Assembly: GCA_963773065.1 (NCBI GenBank)
Contig: CAVYZN010000011.1
Span: forward strand, 1 to 64,000
Direction of reading: 5' to 3'
Origin: an uncultured Gammaproteobacteria bacterium
Lineage (GTDB): Bacteria > Pseudomonadota > Gammaproteobacteria > UBA9214
Length of the DNA: 64,000 bases
Under the pieces are notes generated by a model. That model was not told the origin of the DNA, made no database searches, and worked only from the letters and a program-made list of their open reading frames with translations. How positions within the stretch are numbered: position 1 is the first letter of the stretch; every line of letters starts with the position of its first letter. Shown piece after piece: positions 10,290-21,134 of this stretch. The position numbers and the translations under genes are program-made.

Positions 10290-11239
10290 CCGTGGTGGCC
10301 TGGGGCGCGGCCCTGCTGCAGGCGCTGCTGTACGCCGCGCTGGCGCCGCTGCTGGTGGGCTGGATCCGCAAGGTCAAGGCGCGGCTGCAGAACCGGCGCG
10401 GCGCTCCCGTGCTCCAGCCCTACTACGACCTGCGCAAGCTGCTGATCAAGGAGGCGCGGGTGGCCCATACCGCTTCGCCGCTGTTTCGGGCCGCGCCGTA
10501 CATCGTGTTCATCGCCACCTGGCTCGCCGCGGCGACCGTCCCGCTGGTGGCGGTCAACCTGCCGACCGCGGCGATCGCCGACATCATCGTGCTGGTCGGC
10601 CTGCTGGCGCTCGCGCGCTTCTTCCTCGCGCTCGCGGGCATGGACGTCGGCACGGCGTTCGGCGGCATGGGCGCCTCGCGCGAGATGCTGGTCTCGGCGC
10701 TCGCCGAGCCGGCGATGCTGATGGCCGTGTTCACCCTCGCCATGAGCGCCCACAGCACCAACCTGGCGAGCGTCATCGACTACCAGCTTACCGACGGCTT
10801 CGCGCTGCGGCCCTCGTACCTGTTCGCCCTCGGCGGCCTGATCCTGGTGGCGATCGCCGAAACCGGCCGCATCCCCGTTGACAACCCGGCCACGCACCTC
10901 GAGCTCACCATGATCCACGAGGCCATGCTGCTCGAATACTCGGGGCGGCATCTGGCGCTGATGGAATGGGCGGCCCAGCTCAAGCTCGTGCTCTACGGCG
11001 CGCTCATCGCCAACATCTTCTTCCCCTGGGGCATCGGGCAAAGCTTCGCGCCCGCGGCCCTCGGCATCGGGCTGGCCGCCATCGTGCTCAAGCTGCTCGC
11101 GCTCGGCGCGGCGCTCGCGGTCGGCGAGACCGTGCTGGCCAAGATGCGCCTGTTCCGCGCCCCGGCGTTCCTCAACCTCGCGCTGCTGCTCGCCCTGCTC
11201 GGGCTGCTGAGCCACGTCATCCTGGAGGTGGGCGCATGA
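10274..11239 (+). CDS. hyfC: HyfC/NuoH-like membrane subunit
   Basis: RKVKARLQNRRG, FGGMGASRE, ETGRIPVDNPATHLELTMIHE; start may be GTG at 10286. Confidence 0.9.
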   Translation: MDHLVTVVAWGAALLQALLYAALAPLLVGWIRKVKARLQNRRGAPVLQPYYDLRKLLIKEARVAHTASPLFRAAPYIVFIATWLAAATVPLVAVNLPTAAIADIIVLVGLLALARFFLALAGMDVGTAFGGMGASREMLVSALAEPAMLMAVFTLAMSAHSTNLASVIDYQLTDGFALRPSYLFALGGLILVAIAETGRIPVDNPATHLELTMIHEAMLLEYSGRHLALMEWAAQLKLVLYGALIANIFFPWGIGQSFAPAALGIGLAAIVLKLLALGAALAVGETVLAKMRLFRAPAFLNLALLLALLGLLSHVILEVGA

Positions 11240-11970
11240 GCCCCGCCTTGTTGCCGCTGCTGCAGCAGTTCGTGCTGGTGCTGGCGGCGATCGTGCTGTT
11301 CACCTCGTTCGTGCTGCTCGCCCAGGCCCGCCTGGTCGCCGCCATCCACGCCTTCGCCTGGCAGGGCGCGCTGGTGGCGGCGGTGACGACCGTGGTGGCG
11401 GCGACCGGGCAGACGCACCACCTGTATTTCTCGGCGCTGTTGACCCTGGTTCTCAAGGCCCTGCTGATCCCGTGGATGCTGCACCGGCTGACGCGCCGCC
11501 TGGAGCTCGATCGTCACGTGGAATCGCTGCGCCGGCCCGCCCTGGTGATCATGGCCGCCGTGGCGCTGGTGATCTTCAGCTACTGGCTGGTGCTGCCCAT
11601 CGTGCAGCAGGAGCTGGCCTTCACCCGCAACATCGTCGCCATCAGCCTCGCGGTGGTGCTCATCGGCCTGCTGATGATGGTGTTCCGCCAGCAGGCGGTG
11701 GCCCAGGTGCTCGGCTTCATGTCGATGGAGAACGGCCTGTTTCTGGCCGCCGTCTCCGCCACCGCCGGCATGCCCCTGGTGGTGGAGCTGGGCGTGGCCT
11801 TCGACGTGCTCGTCGCCATGGTGCTGTTCGGGGTGTTCTTCTTCCAGATCCGCGAGAGTATCGACTCGCTGGACGTGGACCGCCTCAACCGGCTGACGGA
11901 AACCGCGGAGGGGGGCATGGCCGCCGCTGGCCGGGCAAGGCCGGGAACCGTTGCCGGGGAGGGCGGGTGA
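11236..11970 (+). CDS. hyfE: HyfE-like membrane subunit
   Basis: QVLGFMSMENG, GMPLVVELGVAFD; ATGA overlap. Confidence 0.88.
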   Translation: MSPALLPLLQQFVLVLAAIVLFTSFVLLAQARLVAAIHAFAWQGALVAAVTTVVAATGQTHHLYFSALLTLVLKALLIPWMLHRLTRRLELDRHVESLRRPALVIMAAVALVIFSYWLVLPIVQQELAFTRNIVAISLAVVLIGLLMMVFRQQAVAQVLGFMSMENGLFLAAVSATAGMPLVVELGVAFDVLVAMVLFGVFFFQIRESIDSLDVDRLNRLTETAEGGMAAAGRARPGTVAGEGG

Positions 11971-13444
11971 TCGCGCTGCTGCTCACCTTGCTTGCGCCCG
12001 TGACGGGCGCCATCGCCCTGGCGCTGCTGCGCCCGCTGGGACTGGCCGGCTGGCTGAACGTGACGGTCTCCGCGGTCTCCTTCGGCGCGGCGGCCTGGTT
12101 GACCTGGACGGTCGCCGCGACCGGCGAGGTCTCCGGCTACAGCTTCCGCGTGGACGCCTTCAACGTCTATCTGGTAACGCTGACCGCCTTCGTGGGCCTG
12201 ACCACGTCGATCTTTTCCCGGCCCTACATGCGCTATGTGTGCGAGACCGGCATGACGACCCGGCGGGGCATGCGCATCTACCACGCCATGTACCAGGCCT
12301 TCATGTTCACCATGCTGCTGGCGTTGACCACCGACAACCTGGGCGTGCTGTGGGTGGCGGTCGAGGGCGCGACCCTGGCGACGGTGCTGCTGGTATCCCT
12401 GTACCGCACGCCGGAGGCGGTGGAGGCGGCGTGGAAGTATTTCATCCTCTGCGGCGTCGGCATCGCGCTCGCGCTGTTCGGGACGGTGCTCACCTATTTC
12501 GCGGCGCAGCACGTGGTCACCGACCCGGCCGACGGGCTCACCTGGAGCATGCTCTACCTGCGCGCCGGCCATCTCGAACCCGCGGTGATGCGCCTCGCCT
12601 TCGTCTTTCTGCTGGTGGGCTACGGCACCAAGGTGGGTCTGGTCCCCATGCACCAGTGGCTGCCGGACGCGCACTCGGAGGGCCCCACGCCCATGTCCGC
12701 CGTGCTCTCGGGGCTGCTGCTCAACGTCGCGCTCTACGCGGTGGTGCGCCTGAAGATGCTGGTGGACGGTTCGCTCGCGGCGAGTCCGTCGCCGCATCTG
12801 GCCGGCTACCTCCTCATGGGCTTCGGCCTGCTGTCGTTCCTGGTGGCGGGGCTGTTCCTGCACCGCCAGCGCGATATCAAGCGCATGTTCAGCTACTCCT
12901 CCATCGAGCACATGGGCCTGATGACCTTTGCCTTCGGGCTCGGCGGGCCGCTCGCCACCTTCGGCGCGCTGCTGCACATGCTGGTGCACTCGTTCACCAA
13001 GTCGGCGATCTTCGTCACCGTCGGCCACGCCACGCACATCGCCGGCACCCAGAGCATCGAGCGCATCCGCGGGCTGATCCGCACCCAGCCGGCCGTGGGC
13101 TGGTCGCTGCTGATCGCGGTGGCGGCCATCGCGGGGTTTCCGCCCTTCGGGGTGTTCACCAGCGAGTTCCTGCTGCTCACGGCCACCATGAAGGCGCAGC
13201 CCTGGCTCACGCCGGCGCTGCTGAGCGGCCTGGCGGTCGCCTTCGCCGGCCTCTTTCGCCATCTGCATCCGATGGTCTACGGCGCCCCGCCCGAAGGCCA
13301 GAAACCGGTGCGCGCCAACATGCTCCCGGTCGCGATCCACCTCGCGCTGGTGCTGTGGCTGGGGCTTTCCATACCCGGGTTTCTGGCCGCAGTGGCTTCG
13401 ACCGGGCGACCGAGCTGATCACGCGGGGGCGCATCTCGCTATGA
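11967..13444 (+). CDS. hyfF: HyfF-like proton-pumping subunit; probable frameshift near 13390
   Basis: EAAWKYFILCG, GYGTKVGLVPMHQWLPDAHSEGP; second-frame end FDRATELITRGRISL* overlaps the next ATG. Confidence 0.88.
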
Positions 13445-15028
13445 GCCGCTTCGACTGGCTGTCCGAGTACCTGGCGCGCCTCGAGGACGATCATATCCTG
13501 GTGCGCTCCGGCAGCGCCGCACGCCTTGCGCCCGCGCATTTTCTGACGCTGGATGCCGAGGACTGGGGTAGCGCCGGGCGGATCGCGCGCGCCTTCGGCT
13601 GCCGTTTCGCCGGGCTGTGGGGCGATCCGGGCGAGGAGCGGGTGAGCGTCTACGCCTGCCTCGAATACGAGGGGGATTATCTGGTGCTCGCGACCCGCGT
13701 GCCGCTTAAGCAACCGGCGCTGGCCTCCCTCACGCCCAGCTACCCGGGCGCCGACCGCCTGGAGCGCCATCTGCAGGATCTGTGCGGCATCGTCTGCCTG
13801 GAGCATCCCGACAACCGCCGCTGGACCCGCCACCAGGCCTGGCCCGAAAGCTGTTATCCGCTGCGCAGCGATTTTCCCGTGGCGGGGCTGTCACCGCGGC
13901 GCGCGCCGGCGGATGCCGACTATCCCTTCGTGCGCGTCCAGGGCAGCGGCGTCTACGAGATACCGGTCGGTCCCGTGCACGCCGGCATCATCGAGCCCGG
14001 CCACTTCCGCTTCCAGGCGGTGGGCGAGGAAATCCTGCGCCTGGAGGAGCGCCTCGGTTATGTGCACAAGGGCATCGAGAAGATCGCCGTGGGGCGCGAT
14101 CCCGCGGCGCTCGCGCGGCTCGCCGGGCGCGTCTCGGGCGATTCCACCGTGGCGCACGCCTGGGCCGCCTGCCAGGCCATGGAGCGGGCGGCCTACTGCC
14201 ACGTGCCGCCGCGCGCCGCGAGCCTGCGGGCGCTCGCGTGCGAGCGCGAACGCATCGCCAATCATCTCGGCGACATCGGCGCCATCTGCAACGATGTCGG
14301 CTTCAGCTTCGCGCACGTCCAGTGCGCGCGGTTGCGCGAGGCGTGGCAGCGGCGCAGCCACGCGCTCTTCGGGCACCGCTTCATGATGGACGTGGTGGCG
14401 CCGGGCGGCGTGGCGCGCGACCTGCCGGCCGGCGCGATGGAGCTGCTGCGCGCCGACCACACCACGCTGCGCCTGGCCATCGAGCCCTTGTTCGACGTCA
14501 TCGACGATCACCCGTCGCTGGACGACCGGCTGCTCGGCGCCGGGCGCCTGGCGGCCGAGTGACGCCCGCGCGCTCGGCTGCACCGGCTACGTGGGCAAGG
14601 CGAGCGGCCAGGGTTTCGACGCGCGGCGCGACAATCCCTACCCGCCCTACGACGGGCTGGCGCTGGAATCGCCGGTCGAGACCGCCGGCGACGTCGCCGC
14701 CCGCGTGCGGGTGCGCATGGCGGAAGTGCGCCAGAGCCTGACGCTGATGGACCAACTGCTCGAGGCGCTGCCGGCGGGCGAGATCGCCGACCCCATGAGC
14801 GTGCCGCCGGCCGGCGCCATGGGGATGGGGTTCGTCGACGGCTGGCGCGGCGAGGTGCTCGCCTTCGTGCGCTTCGGCGCGGACGGGCGCATCGCCCGCT
14901 ATTTTCCCCGCGATCCGAGCTGGTTCACCTGGCCGGCGCTCGAGCGGCTCATCCACGGCAACATCGTTCCCGATTTTCCGGTGTGCAACAAGTCGGTGAA
15001 CGCCTCGTACTCCGGGCACGATCTGTAA
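13441..15028 (+). CDS. hyfG: Ehr large subunit (NuoC/D-like, HyfG-like, lacking Ni-binding CxxC motifs); frameshift at about 14560
   Basis: IPVGPVHAGIIEPGHFRF, GYVHKGIEK; RVSGDS instead of RxCxxC; C-terminus DFPVCNKSVNASYSGHDL. Confidence 0.88.
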
Positions 15029-15030
15029 CC

Positions 15031-15541
15031 ATGTTCCGCATCCTCGAAACAATCCCTGCAAACCGGCGTCCTCACCGAGGCGCCGCCCGAGTGCGACGAC
15101 GCGGAGCTGGAGCGGCTGGGAATCGAACTGCGCCGGCGCATCGATGCGCGTTTCGGCCGCAGCCTCGCCATCCGCCAGGTGGACGCCGGCTCCTGCAACG
15201 GCTGTGAACTGGAGATCCACGCCCTCAACAATCCCTACCACGACGTCGAGCGCTTCGGCGTGCATTTCGTGGCCTCGCCGCGCCACGCCGACGCGCTGCT
15301 GGTCACCGGTCCGGTCTCGCGCCACATGGAAACCGCGCTGCGGCGCACCTGGCGCGCCACGCCCGCGCCGAAGCTCGTGATCGCGGCCGGCGCCTGCGCC
15401 TGCGACGGCGGCGAGTTCGGTATCTCCTACGCGAGCCGCGGCGCCGTGGAAAACGTCATCCCCGTGGATGTGAAGATCCCCGGCTGCCCGCCCACGCCCA
15501 TCGATCTGCTCAAGGGCCTGCTCGGCGCGCTGCGCCGATGA
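15031..15541 (+). CDS. hyfI: Ehr small subunit (NuoB/HyfI-like 4Fe-4S); frameshift near 15050
   Basis: DAGSCNGCELE, SPRHADALLVTG, GACACDGG, IPGCPP. Confidence 0.88.
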
Positions 15542-15595
15542 GCCGGCCGCCGCTGGTCAATCGCCGCGCTGGTGATGAGCGGGTAGGGGGGGAAT

Positions 15596-15672
15596 AATGG
15601 GGACATTCTGGTTTTTCGATATCCATCCGTGCCTGTCGGCACCACGGGTGGTAAACCAGAATGTCCCCCATT
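15596..15672. repeat. Palindromic repeat element, GGGACATTCTG...CAGAATGTCCCC family (copy 1)
   Basis: Inverted ends; related copy at 28112-28162. Confidence 0.7.
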
Positions 15673-15694
15673 TCCTTGCGGGTTGCAAGTAGTT

Positions 15695-15759
15695 GTAGGG
15701 TGCGCCATGCGCACCATGCAATGTTGGTGTGATTTTCCGGTGCGCACGGCGCACCCTAC
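15695..15759. repeat. REP doublet (REPIN-like, GTAG family)
   Basis: GTAGGGTGCGCCATGCGCACC...GGTGCGCACGGCGCACCCTAC. Confidence 0.8.
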
Positions 15760-15791
15760 CTCGTTGCAGTGCTTTGTTGGCTTTCCAAGAA

Positions 15792-16035
15792 TCAGACTAG
15801 CGCTTCCAGACCGCGCTTGTCGACCAGATTGAGCAGTTTCAACGAAGGACCGTTGGGCTTCTTCTGCCCCTGCTCCCACTTCTGTATCGTCGAGGTGCTG
15901 GTGTTCAGGTAGGCCGCGAATACCGCCTGACTCGCCTTGTGACGCAGCCGCAGGCGTTTGATCTGGGCGGGTGAGTAGGTCTTGATGGACGGCAGGCAGA
16001 GGGCATCGAATTCACGCAAGGTCGTAGTGTGTAAC
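15792..16035 (-). pseudogene. HigA/YiaG-like HTH antitoxin, N-terminally truncated; no toxin partner seen
   Basis: TTLREFDALCL...IKRLRLRHKASQAVFAAYLNTSTSTIQKWEQGQKKPNGPSLKLLNLVDKRGL. Confidence 0.7.
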
Positions 16036-16406
16036 GCCGGCCTGCTGGCCATTGGCGTGCGCTGACGCGTTGGTCGTTATTGGCACCACACCATTGTTGG
16101 CAAGACGCACCGGATCAAACAGCTTGCATTCTTCCCGCTGATGCATGTTCATTAATGGGTGCGCATCGTAGCCATGGACCATAAGCGGGCAGAGCAAATA
16201 CGTCCGTACAGTGGCGTACACTATGCCATCTTGAAGCTGATTTCCCTTAACGAATTGGGCGCCAATCAATCACAAGAAACGAATACTTCAGGCTGCATCT
16301 CCAAGGCGCACGACGGAATAGTCGCACCATCCTTGACGAATCCATTACTGTGGAACACCGTTAAAACAGTTGCGTCAAACCGGAAATGCAATGAACCAAA
16401 CGAACA

Positions 16407-17723
16407 ATGACTAACGCACAATGGTTTCTGCTCGTGGGCGGCCTGTTGCTCGCCAGGGGCTTGACTTCCTCGATGCTCAAGCGCTTGCCGGTTACACCAG
16501 CCATTATTTATTTGGCGGTGGGACTGCTGGTCGGACCGACGATGCTCAATGTGTTTCACTTCAATCCACTCAAGGAATCAGCGCTGTTGGAAATGCTGAC
16601 CGAAGGGGCTGTGCTGATTTCGCTGTTTTCCGCCGGTGTCAAAATGCCCGTGCCGGTAAGCTTCGCACACTGGCGCGCACCGATTTTACTGGCAACGGTA
16701 TCCATGGCGGTCAGCGTCGGGCTGGTCGCCACCTTCGCTTATTATCTGCTCGGCATGCCACTGGGTGCCGGGGTCTTGCTGGGCGCGATCCTGGCACCCA
16801 CCGATCCGGTGTTGGCGACCGATGTCCAGATCCGTCATCCCGGTGACCGCGACCAGCTCCGCTTCACCTTAACGTGCGAGGCGGGCATGAATGACGGCAG
16901 CGCCTTCCCGTTCGTGATGCTGGGAATGGGATTGCTCGGACTGCACGATCTGGGCGAATTCGGGCTGCGTTGGGCGTTGGTCGATGTGCTGTGGGCCACG
17001 GTGGTGGGTATCGCCATCGGGGTGATTTCCGGTTCCGCACTGGCCCGCTTGGGCTGGAAGCTGCGCAGCGCGCCACACGAGCACAAGCTCATGGATGACT
17101 TCCTCGGACTCGGCCTGATCGGCGTGGTCTACGGCTTGAGCGTGCTGGTCAATGCGTGGGGATTTCTGGCGGTATTTTTCGCTGCCGTCGCACTGCGCCA
17201 GACAGAGCTTAAACTCGCCGACGCCGGTCGTGATTCTCCGGATCAGCCGCAACCCGACAGACTATTACCGGAAGCGGCAACCCTAAATTCTGATATCATG
17301 CCAGCGCCGACCGTCAGCGGAGGATCGCTGATATTCAAGGAACATCTGGAGAGGCTCTCGGAATTGATGCTCATCCTGCTGATCGGTGGCACGCTGTTCC
17401 TCGATTCCTGGAGCTGGCGGGCAGTGGGACTCGCGCTTTTTTTGTTTATGGTGGCGCGACCGGTCAGCGTCCTCGCCAGCCTGTTGGGAACCCGCACCTC
17501 GTGGCCGATACGCGGCATGGTGGGCTGGTTCGGGGTACGCGGCATAGGTTCACTGTACTACCTGATGTATGCCATACAGCACGGTCTCTCCAAAGAGATG
17601 GCCTTGGAGCTTATCCAATTGACGCTGATTGCGGTATCGCTTTCCATTCTTGTCCACGGAACCAGCGTCAAGCCGCTGATGAGCCGCTTTTGGCATCACC
17701 GCAAGCGTCTGCCAACGCCATAA
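16407..17723 (+). CDS. CPA1/NhaP-family cation:proton antiporter
   Basis: GAILAPTDPVLA, EAGMNDG, WFGVRGIGSLYY; many TM helices. Confidence 0.9.
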   Translation: MTNAQWFLLVGGLLLARGLTSSMLKRLPVTPAIIYLAVGLLVGPTMLNVFHFNPLKESALLEMLTEGAVLISLFSAGVKMPVPVSFAHWRAPILLATVSMAVSVGLVATFAYYLLGMPLGAGVLLGAILAPTDPVLATDVQIRHPGDRDQLRFTLTCEAGMNDGSAFPFVMLGMGLLGLHDLGEFGLRWALVDVLWATVVGIAIGVISGSALARLGWKLRSAPHEHKLMDDFLGLGLIGVVYGLSVLVNAWGFLAVFFAAVALRQTELKLADAGRDSPDQPQPDRLLPEAATLNSDIMPAPTVSGGSLIFKEHLERLSELMLILLIGGTLFLDSWSWRAVGLALFLFMVARPVSVLASLLGTRTSWPIRGMVGWFGVRGIGSLYYLMYAIQHGLSKEMALELIQLTLIAVSLSILVHGTSVKPLMSRFWHHRKRLPTP

Positions 17724-17965
17724 GTGTTCTCCCAATCGCCACTCAGTGTGCAATGCCTCCGAGACAAATCTGGAACAAGAAAGACAAAAGGAGCTGCAAT
17801 TGTTATGGCAACACCTTTTATGAAATATTGCATGAGGCTCGGATTGTGTGAGTAGATTGACCCACTCCTTCCGCAACTGGATTAGGAACTTAAGATCGGT
17901 TAAAAACTGAGATTTCCATCGCAACGTCATTAGAGCGATAAACAGTCTGCCTGAGCAAGAAAATA

Positions 17966-19207
17966 ATGACATCGAGATGTTCAAAAATTCGTATTCCCGC
18001 GTCGAAGGGCAGAGTGTTGGTGCTGGAAAACTATCGCCAAACAATCGTGGTCATTCGATCACTGGCGAAATTGGGTTTTGAGGTAACGGTTGGACGCGAG
18101 GGTCGCAAAGCGTATACGGAATATTCACGTTACACCTCGGAAGTTTGGGTTCATCCTCCGGTTCTTGAAACCACACAATTTGTTTCGGCGTTGAAAGCGT
18201 TCCTGAGCGAACGTGCCGATATCACGCACGTCTTTCCTCTTGGGGAATTTAGTATAAAGGCTCTTTTAGACGAGTATGAGGAGTTGAGCCAGCGGGTCAC
18301 CATAGTGATAGCCTCGCCGAATGTCGCCGGAAGCTGCCTCGACAAGCCGTCGGCCTATGCATTGGTTAATGAGCTCGAAATCCCCTTGCCCAAGACGGAG
18401 TACGGGACAACGGGCGACGAGGTTCACGCCGGCGCCGCAAAGGTCGGCTTTCCCTGCATACTCAAACTGCGAAATTCTTTTAAGATGCTCCTGGGAAGAA
18501 AGGCTATCGTTTGTGAAAACATGGGCGATCTTGCGTCAGTGGTTCACCGCCTTTCCGAAAATCACGACAAACTCATTATCCAGCGATTTGCCTCGGGCTT
18601 TCGTCACAATTGCAATTATGCTGCGGTCCGTGGAAAAGTACAGGCGTACTTTGAACACAAGGTACTTCGGACCGACCGTCTGGACGGGTGCGGGTATATT
18701 GTTGATGCGGTCACGGTCCCGCCCAACTCTCTCCATCGGGAATATTGTGCCCGGATCGCGGAAAAGCTGTCCTATACGGGGGTCGGTTGCATGCAGTTTC
18801 TGTTTGATGACGCGACCCTTGAAACTAATTTTTTGGAGTTAAATCCCCGGCTCGATGCCACGTGCTATGTCCCGTTTCGATGCGGATATGACTTTCCAAA
18901 GCTCGCCATCGAGTGCGCGGAGGCCATGAAAGACCCTGACGTGAAGGTAGAGGTCGTCTCTCATTATGGACGGAATAAGCGATTTCATTGGCTCTTGGGC
19001 GACACTCATGCGTTACTCGCGGCGTTTTTAGCAAGAGAGATCTCTCCTCGAGACGCGATGAGATGGGCACTAAGAATAGTGCACTCTGCAGCGCGGGCTA
19101 ATCATTTCTTGGGATGGTCATGGAAAGATCCTCTTCCCACCCTCGTTCTTTATTTCGAGTTTGTTGGGACGATGTTTCATAAGGTGAGGAAGATTGTTTT
19201 TCGTTAA
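17966..19207 (+). CDS. ATP-grasp domain protein
   Basis: VGFPCILK, IIQRFASG, FLELNPRL, DPLP near the C-terminus; lower GC than flanks. Confidence 0.75.
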   Translation: MTSRCSKIRIPASKGRVLVLENYRQTIVVIRSLAKLGFEVTVGREGRKAYTEYSRYTSEVWVHPPVLETTQFVSALKAFLSERADITHVFPLGEFSIKALLDEYEELSQRVTIVIASPNVAGSCLDKPSAYALVNELEIPLPKTEYGTTGDEVHAGAAKVGFPCILKLRNSFKMLLGRKAIVCENMGDLASVVHRLSENHDKLIIQRFASGFRHNCNYAAVRGKVQAYFEHKVLRTDRLDGCGYIVDAVTVPPNSLHREYCARIAEKLSYTGVGCMQFLFDDATLETNFLELNPRLDATCYVPFRCGYDFPKLAIECAEAMKDPDVKVEVVSHYGRNKRFHWLLGDTHALLAAFLAREISPRDAMRWALRIVHSAARANHFLGWSWKDPLPTLVLYFEFVGTMFHKVRKIVFR

Positions 19208-19516
19208 CGAGACACAGTCGTGAGGTCAGCGTGCTTCAGGCGATGCGGGCGGCTTGCCGGGTAGTGCGAAACTAACTTCCCGTTCACTCTTATCCCGTAT
19301 AGTCCGAATGCTCTCGAAGCTCGTTAAACGTTAACGAACTACGAATCACGTCGATATGACGGAAACGTCCTTCGGCCGCAGCCAAGTTTGAAGAGTTCGC
19401 TGTTCAGTGATAGGAGAGCGAGTGTGTTGGTTGGACGGCGGAGGTGGATAGCGATCCAAACGTTCTGTGACAAGCATGCTTCGAAGATCCACTCTCCGTT
19501 CGGAGAGGGGCGGTTG

Positions 19517-19696
19517 TCAACGACTGCCTTGACGTGTTTTATCAACTTCTTCGTCTTCGTCGAAGGGAATATTCCCATCGGCCTGGTAGCGTTTTTTCGC
19601 ACTGGGCCGGTAGACCCAGGCCACGATTGCCAAGAGGGCCAGGGGGATGCCCAGGTAGAGGCTGTATTCCGCGAGAATGTTGACAAGTTGGGTCAT
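19517..19696 (-). CDS. ccoQ: CcoQ/FixQ-like small membrane protein (cbb3 oxidase subunit 3)
   Basis: AGGAG RBS; single TM followed by WVYRPSAKKRYQADGNIPFDE. Confidence 0.65.
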   Translation of the reverse strand: MTQLVNILAEYSLYLGIPLALLAIVAWVYRPSAKKRYQADGNIPFDEDEEVDKTRQGSR

Positions 19697-19770
19697 GTCG
19701 TTCTCCTGTGATTTTGTCGATGGGTTTCGGCGTTGGTCTTGTCCTGATCTCGGCCTGGGCAGGTAACTGC

Positions 19771-20115
19771 TCAAGCCTTCTTAGTCCAAAGGCTGCACCA
19801 GCCATTGGGGCTGATCTGGCCATCGACCAGTTTGCACGTATTCGACCCGGCGATGAAATTCACGCAGTTGCCGCATTTTTGATCGCCCTTCGGCTGAGTC
19901 TGGTACTGCACGCTTGTCTTTGGCACTTTTTTGGTCGCCTTAGGGGTGGCAGAATTCGCGCTGGTGGCTGGAGAACTGAAAAGTGCGAGCGGCACAAACA
20001 GACTACAACCAACCGCCAGAACTCCGCGCAGCATAACCCTGCGGTGCAGCAGGATGTCTTCTATAACCTGGCTCTTGAGCTGCTTCCTATTGCCTTTATC
20101 GATATTCCAGTTCAT
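19771..20115 (-). CDS. High-potential iron-sulfur protein (HiPIP) with Tat-like signal
   Basis: RRVMLRG twin-arginine; YQ...KCGNCVNF...CKLVDGQISPNGWCSLW (4 Cys ligands). Confidence 0.85.
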   Translation of the reverse strand: MNWNIDKGNRKQLKSQVIEDILLHRRVMLRGVLAVGCSLFVPLALFSSPATSANSATPKATKKVPKTSVQYQTQPKGDQKCGNCVNFIAGSNTCKLVDGQISPNGWCSLWTKKA

Positions 20116-20510
20116 ATCAAACTCCTTTGGTTCAGGACCCGACTGACGGAATTGCCAATCGGGCATCATTAGTTGCAGCCGGCCCTCATCATTTGTGCAC
20201 CTCGCACAGCGGCAGACTGTACAGAGAACAGTGTGGCGGCAGCCTAGACTGATCTCATGGAAATTCGGGATGCAAAGGCAAGTCTAGTCGCATGATCACG
20301 CGCAGTCGGTGCGGTGACATACATAGGGCGATGTTGGTAATGGCCTTGACAGCGGGTATCAGGAAGTTGGCATCACACCCGGGTGTGAGCCAGCGTCTCA
20401 CCCGTTCGTCAGGCTGGCGCTTTGACTTCGGCGTACTGCAGATTCAGCCACCTGCGGCGCCCTTGCCGTTCTCGACATGAATGCTCCGTCAGTTGTCGCC
20501 CTGCGAGGGA

Positions 20511-21134
20511 CTAGCCGAGATTGTCGGCGGCAAAGCCCCAATTGATCAGTTTGTCGAGCACGGCATTCACGTAGTCCGCGCGGCGGTTCTGATAATCCAG
20601 ATAGTAGGCGTGTTCCCACACGTCTATGGTCAACAGCGGCTTCATGCCCGTGGTCAGCGGTGTCTCCGCATTATCGGTCTTGACCACCTTCAGCTTGTCG
20701 GCTTCCAGCACGAGCCAAACCCAGCCGCTGCCGAACTCGGTCGCCGCCGTCGTCGCCAGCGCCTTCATGCATGCATCCAGACTGCCGAATGAAGCCTCGA
20801 TCCTTTGCTTCAATGCCGCGGGGGGCTCGCCGCCACCCTTAGCGCGCAAACTGCGCCAGTAGAAGGTGTGGTTCCACGTTTGCGCTGCATTGTTGAAGAT
20901 CGCGACCTTGTTGGCTTTGCCGGCGGTCGCGGCGATGAGTTTCTCCAACGAAAGATCTGCAAGCTCCGAGCCCGCAATCAACTTGTTCAAGGTGTCGACG
21001 TAGCCCTTGTGGTGCTTGTCATAGTGAAACCCGATCGTATTGGCGGAGATGATGGGATCCAGCGCGTTTTGCGCGTACGGCAGAGGGGGTAGAACATGCA
21101 GCGCGGTATTTTCAATCATGTCAAGTTGAGTCAT
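20511..21134 (-). CDS. sodB: Fe superoxide dismutase
   Basis: [29 protein letters not shown]. Confidence 0.92.
   Translation of the reverse strand: MTQLDMIENTALHVLPPLPYAQNALDPIISANTIGFHYDKHHKGYVDTLNKLIAGSELADLSLEKLIAATAGKANKVAIFNNAAQTWNHTFYWRSLRAKGGGEPPAALKQRIEASFGSLDACMKALATTAATEFGSGWVWLVLEADKLKVVKTDNAETPLTTGMKPLLTIDVWEHAYYLDYQNRRADYVNAVLDKLINWGFAADNLG

Noticed and set aside
14555-14565. TGA in the Ehr large subunit as a possible selenocysteine or split gene
   Set aside because: Removing one base (GAG-t-GAC-GCC) restores a continuous frame into the downstream ORF; readthrough in the same frame would not, so this is an indel.
8277-15541. Functional group 4 [NiFe]-hydrogenase/formate hydrogenlyase
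   Set aside because: Both Ni-binding CxxC motifs are absent and no maturation or fdh genes are present in the window.
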